Below, piece after piece: positions 61,201 through 64,000 of a stretch of 64,000 nt of DNA. Numbering within the stretch: the first letter of the stretch is position 1; each line of letters begins with the position of its first letter. The notes beneath the pieces were generated by a model. The model made no database searches and had not been told where the DNA came from. It worked only from the letters and a program-made list of their open reading frames with translations. The translations under genes and the position numbers were made by a program. The stretch is from contig JBPOGF010000001.1 of the NCBI GenBank assembly GCA_051251915.1, positions 320,001 to 384,000 of the forward strand. The letters are read 5' to 3'. The DNA is from Akkermansiaceae bacterium. Lineage in GTDB: Bacteria; Verrucomicrobiota; Verrucomicrobiia; Verrucomicrobiales; Akkermansiaceae.

Positions 61201-64000
61201 TTTTGCCGCTTCCGGCGACTAAGGATGCGAATAGGTATAGGGAGCTGGAGATACGGTATGGTGGGACTTCTGAGGATCCGAGGAAGGTGAGTGTGGGGCC
61301 TCCGGTGTTGTCTGCTCCGTTGACGATAGCTGAGTGGAAGGTGAGTGGTGATAATCATTTGACTCCGATTGGGGGGAATGTGAAGCCGTTGCAGATGGTG
61401 GTGTCTAGGAATGGGTTTGATCAGTTGGCGAATGAGTATCGGTTGTTGGCTGGGGTTATGTTTTTGATGCTTGGGGGGATATTTCTTTTGAGGAGTGAGG
61501 TTAGGGATCGGTGGTTGATTTTGTTTGGGAATCTTTGGTTGGTTGCGACGGTTGTTTGCTGTTTAATTTTTGGTGGCAATTCGATTGATACGGATGTGGC
61601 TAGTTTTAAGGAATTTGATGTGGTGGCTCCGGTGGTGGGTGAGCAGGAGGTGGTGATGCTGGAGTTGGCTAATGATAGTTCTGCGCCTAGTAGTTTGTCT
61701 GGGGTTGGGGTTTTCTTGATGCTTGCGGGTGTGGGGTTGTTAGTGGTGGGGATGGTGAGGGAGGAGCTAGCTACGACGTTGGTGAGGGCTTCGGCGGTGT
61801 TTGTGTTGTTGTTGGGGTGCTTGATGCATGTGGGAGGGGCTGCTTATTTCTATTTTGTGATAGGGATCTTTGCGGCGTTGTTGCTGATGAGGGGGATTCC
61901 GAAGTTGTTGGGGCAGTGGAATTTTGAGTCTAAGTCTAAGAAATCTGTTACGGTTGTGGGCTTGTTGTTGGTGAGTTTTATGGGGTTGATGAGTGATGTT
62001 AGCGCGGCTGATGGGGTTGCGGATTCTATGGTGGAGAGTTGGGATGTGAGTGAGGGAAAACTTAGTTCTGAGTTACAGGTTGTCTGGAATGCGGAGGAGG
62101 GGCAATCGCTTCAGGTGCTGCGTGCGCCGGCGGTTTTGTTAGGTGCTGAGGGGGATGGGTTTAGAGTGATCAAGGTGAAGGAAAAGGTGGATGGGGCGAT
62201 GGTTTGGAAGTTGATAGCTGAGGAGAGTGGTGAGATAAGGGCGGATGTTAGGTATGAGATGTCATTTAAAGATATGGCGGAGTTGGCGGTGAATGTGCCT
62301 AGTGGGCAGGCTGGTGTGAAGTCGCTGGAGGTGGTGGTGGATCAGGCTGGGTGGAAGATTAGTTCTGCGGAGGCGGTGCGGTCTGAGGATTTGTTAGATG
62401 TGGGTGAAGGAGCTAGTGGGCAGCGGTTGACATTGTTGGGGATGGCGAATGCAACGGTGATGCTGAAGCCGATGCCGCGAGATAGGAGTAAGGAGAAGTT
62501 GAGGTTTTTGGCGGAGGTTGCGGATGTTTATGTGCCTGCTCCTGGGGTGCTGGATGGGCGGCATAAGTTGAAGATTAAGCCGTTGGATGGTGAGGTGAAG
62601 GAGCTGACTGTGGAGATTCCTGATGGGTTGATGGTGGGGAATGTGGTAGGTGGGGCTCTGGATAGCTGGAGGTTTGATGCGGGGCAGAAGGTGTTGACGG
62701 TGACGATGAAGAGGGCGTTGGTGCAGGATTTTGAGTTGATGATAATGACTCAGCGTGGGGTGAAGGCTTACCCGCAGGACCTGGTGTTGGAGTCGGTGGT
62801 GGTGCGAGGGGCTGCGACTACGGTGGGTGCTATTGGGTATGGGTTTGGGGAGGATTCTCAGCCGGATAATGCGAAGGTTGTGGATTTGTTAGAGATTAAT
62901 ATTACTGATTTTGATAGTGATTTGCTGAGGGCTGCGCGTGATGTGCAGGCTAGGTTTGTGCTGCATAAGGCCTACCGGTATGGGGAAAAGCGTGGGAAGA
63001 TAGATCTGAGGGTGGCGGCTGTTTCTCCGGAGATAAGGGTGCAGACTCAGCAGACGATTCGGTTGACGGATGAGCGGATGTCATTGCAGGTGCAGGCGAT
63101 GGTGAATATTACGCGGGCTGGGGTGTTTGAGCTGAAATTTTATGTTCCTGAGGGTTTGGATGTGGAGGCTATCAATAGTCCTGCGCTGCGTGACTGGAGT
63201 GTGGTGGATGTGAATGGGAGGCGGCTTGCTACGATGTTTTTGAATGGGAAGACGATGGGTGAGCATGGGTTTGCGATTACTTTGCTGGGGGATGCTCCTG
63301 AGGTTGATCCGGGTGTGGAGGCTGATGTTTGGGGGGTGCCTCGTTGGTTGTTAGAGGGGGTGAGTAGGCAGCGTGGGGTTTTGACGTTGGTGCCTGATCA
63401 TGGGATTCGGTTGCGGGTGGCTGAGAGGCAGCATGCTTCTCAGGTGGATAGTAAGGGTAATGTTGGTGAGAATAAGGGGTCATTGGCGTTTAGATTGCTT
63501 CAGAAGGACTGGAAGATATCGCTTAATGTGGAGCAGCTGGATCCTTGGATTACGGCGGAGATTTTACAGCAGGTGAATGTGCGTGAGGGGTTGACGAAGC
63601 ATTGGATGAATTTGCATTTCCATGTGGATCATGCGGTGGTGAAGCAGTTTCAGGTTCGGATTCCTGGGGTGGGTGTGGAGCAGAGTAATCAGTTGCGGGC
63701 AAGTGGGCCAGCGGTGAAGGAGATTGTGCATGTTGAGGGGGATGTTTGGCAGGTGAATTTGAGGCGAGGGGTGATAGGTGATGTTCCGGTGCAGATTGGG
63801 TATCAGGAGTTGAAGTTGCGTGATGGGGATGTGGAAGTGATCTCTCCGGTGCAGTTGTTAGATACGAAGCAGACGACTCATTATGTGGCTGTGCGTGCAC
63901 CTGGTCAGCTGGAGTTGAGTGCGGCTGAGCTGCGTGAGTGGCGAGGTTTTGACTGGGGGAATGTGCCTGGGAAGTTGTATAATATTTCAGATAGGAGTGA
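58272..64000 (+). CDS. Giant (>1900 aa) secreted/multi-TM repeat-module protein, 3' end beyond the window
   Basis: ATG 58272 gives signal peptide MKMKMKFVGVVVGLVMSLFGGALG. Spot translations along the region and at the end (WRGFDWGNVPGKLYNISDRS) are in the same frame, and the track lists no closed ORF in this frame. Confidence 0.88.
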   Translation, partial: MKMKMKFVGVVVGLVMSLFGGALGQVAQDEVKATLRAGGDGGGGALIVEARGVPAKAPLFFTASSEQVVTVTSDAVRQSVSLHYKKLQGEDEVMSLVLNHKVDVKSVRGKGLKEWSVREVDGVHYLDVRMTNPKAEELKLVMEAELLLDGGETKPVVRLMTLGIPEGNGAGFSEAITIIKKGVQVNVTKAFGCVAAKPLLPNSIVFLSNEEADIELSILKYEGDYAGIDLRGVSLKGRVDADGESAVVRLRGELHVREVSEEPFYLLRGKVALTRVPEVGLFGGKLEIRSGKTGMHYGVVCKRVGVYPIDLEFAVPISSGTGWDTMNFVVPNGAVVPLEISELDGEIEFRDDRSTNMDFKDELSLWRGVLPASGLCDLQWRTKSRAGDGELFYTSHGVSEISIGSGLMHAVSTVTFKVLQGKMGKVEFDMAGAGEVVSVVGSQVGSWKVTEVAGKRVLECELKAETSDVSYVRVASQLPLGKFPTKVEPLSLTPRGTMRHSGFVRVSNSGAVRVETSVTEGLMQLSPDKFPSSGAKVKGSQQFVYRYPSADRRLIVSADQIISEVSVSHITTYEMSETDRVIEADVEIDISEARLREWSFMIPAEYSVSGVSSANMVDHVVSTTVENGMRSLKVLFGGEVIGRQLIRVRLEKNMSAAEGEWSLPVLAFPGVKSVRGDIGILSVSGWKMKPVEGSVESLDERPLAYFPKSNAVGDRLQHAYRTRSGEWGVRLEISAMGQSIQSDLLHLYHLKEGIMEAKVLAYYFVIGAPANEWKLQLPGSAENVSVEGQNVRTWHQDGEVLIVTLNQPVLGGAKLLVTYEEPMNASGGRINIGSVTPLGVQSESGYIHLVSSHQVKVSEVDKSEGLLRISPLEMPSEHQVLTSVPSVEAWQYASRPFGLSLTVETLELVKSLSQAVGAASLNTRVTSAGEVVTNATFLVNTRGKKALKMKLPEGNRLWTAKADGELINARIDGDELILPLPATKDANRYRELEIRYGGTSEDPRKVSVGPPVLSAPLTIAEWKVSGDNHLTPIGGNVKPLQMVVSRNGFDQLANEYRLLAGVMFLMLGGIFLLRSEVRDRWLILFGNLWLVATVVCCLIFGGNSIDTDVASFKEFDVVAPVVGEQEVVMLELANDSSAPSSLSGVGVFLMLAGVGLLVVGMVREELATTLVRASAVFVLLLGCLMHVGGAAYFYFVIGIFAALLLMRGIPKLLGQWNFESKSKKSVTVVGLLLVSFMGLMSDVSAADGVADSMVESWDVSEGKLSSELQVVWNAEEGQSLQVLRAPAVLLGAEGDGFRVIKVKEKVDGAMVWKLIAEESGEIRADVRYEMSFKDMAELAVNVPSGQAGVKSLEVVVDQAGWKISSAEAVRSEDLLDVGEGASGQRLTLLGMANATVMLKPMPRDRSKEKLRFLAEVADVYVPAPGVLDGRHKLKIKPLDGEVKELTVEIPDGLMVGNVVGGALDSWRFDAGQKVLTVTMKRALVQDFELMIMTQRGVKAYPQDLVLESVVVRGAATTVGAIGYGFGEDSQPDNAKVVDLLEINITDFDSDLLRAARDVQARFVLHKAYRYGEKRGKIDLRVAAVSPEIRVQTQQTIRLTDERMSLQVQAMVNITRAGVFELKFYVPEGLDVEAINSPALRDWSVVDVNGRRLATMFLNGKTMGEHGFAITLLGDAPEVDPGVEADVWGVPRWLLEGVSRQRGVLTLVPDHGIRLRVAERQHASQVDSKGNVGENKGSLAFRLLQKDWKISLNVEQLDPWITAEILQQVNVREGLTKHWMNLHFHVDHAVVKQFQVRIPGVGVEQSNQLRASGPAVKEIVHVEGDVWQVNLRRGVIGDVPVQIGYQELKLRDGDVEVISPVQLLDTKQTTHYVAVRAPGQLELSAAELREWRGFDWGNVPGKLYNISDRS

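Noticed and set aside
58338..63900. Numerous minus-strand H/P/L/T-rich ORFs
   Set aside because: Artefacts of the G/T skew opposite the giant + strand ORF.

Overview
Bacterial chromosomal segment, probably Verrucomicrobiota (inferred from the PEP-CTERM genes, a Zn-ribbon Ser/Thr kinase and the fused bat genes). The + strand is very G/T-rich whatever the gene orientation. 1-10 kb is the distal part of a type 1-like BREX defence locus: an inserted ATPase plus PD-(D/E)xK nuclease pair, a compositionally mosaic pglX with an in-frame microsatellite, an HTH gene, pglZ, and a brxL with a PLD/MIT_C-like tail in place of a Lon protease domain. 10-52 kb is mostly housekeeping and envelope genes (RluA/RluD family, kinase, bat cluster, two PEP-CTERM genes, two L,D-transpeptidases, DinG, mnmH, fhs, ClC, galE, nadA, pyrH, frr, trxB, gpsA, plsY), plus a toxin-antitoxin pair with a frameshifted toxin and several intergenic repeats. 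52.4-64 kb is the most intriguing locus: rhomboid protease, ECF sigma, a 1435-aa membrane-anchored anti-sigma-like/VWA protein whose middle looks like scrambled secretin-like and Wzc-like fragments, and a giant (>1900 aa) repeat-module membrane protein that is missing from the ORF track and runs off the window end. All family assignments come from motifs recognised by eye; no searches were run. No rRNA, tRNA, CRISPR array or transposase was recognised.
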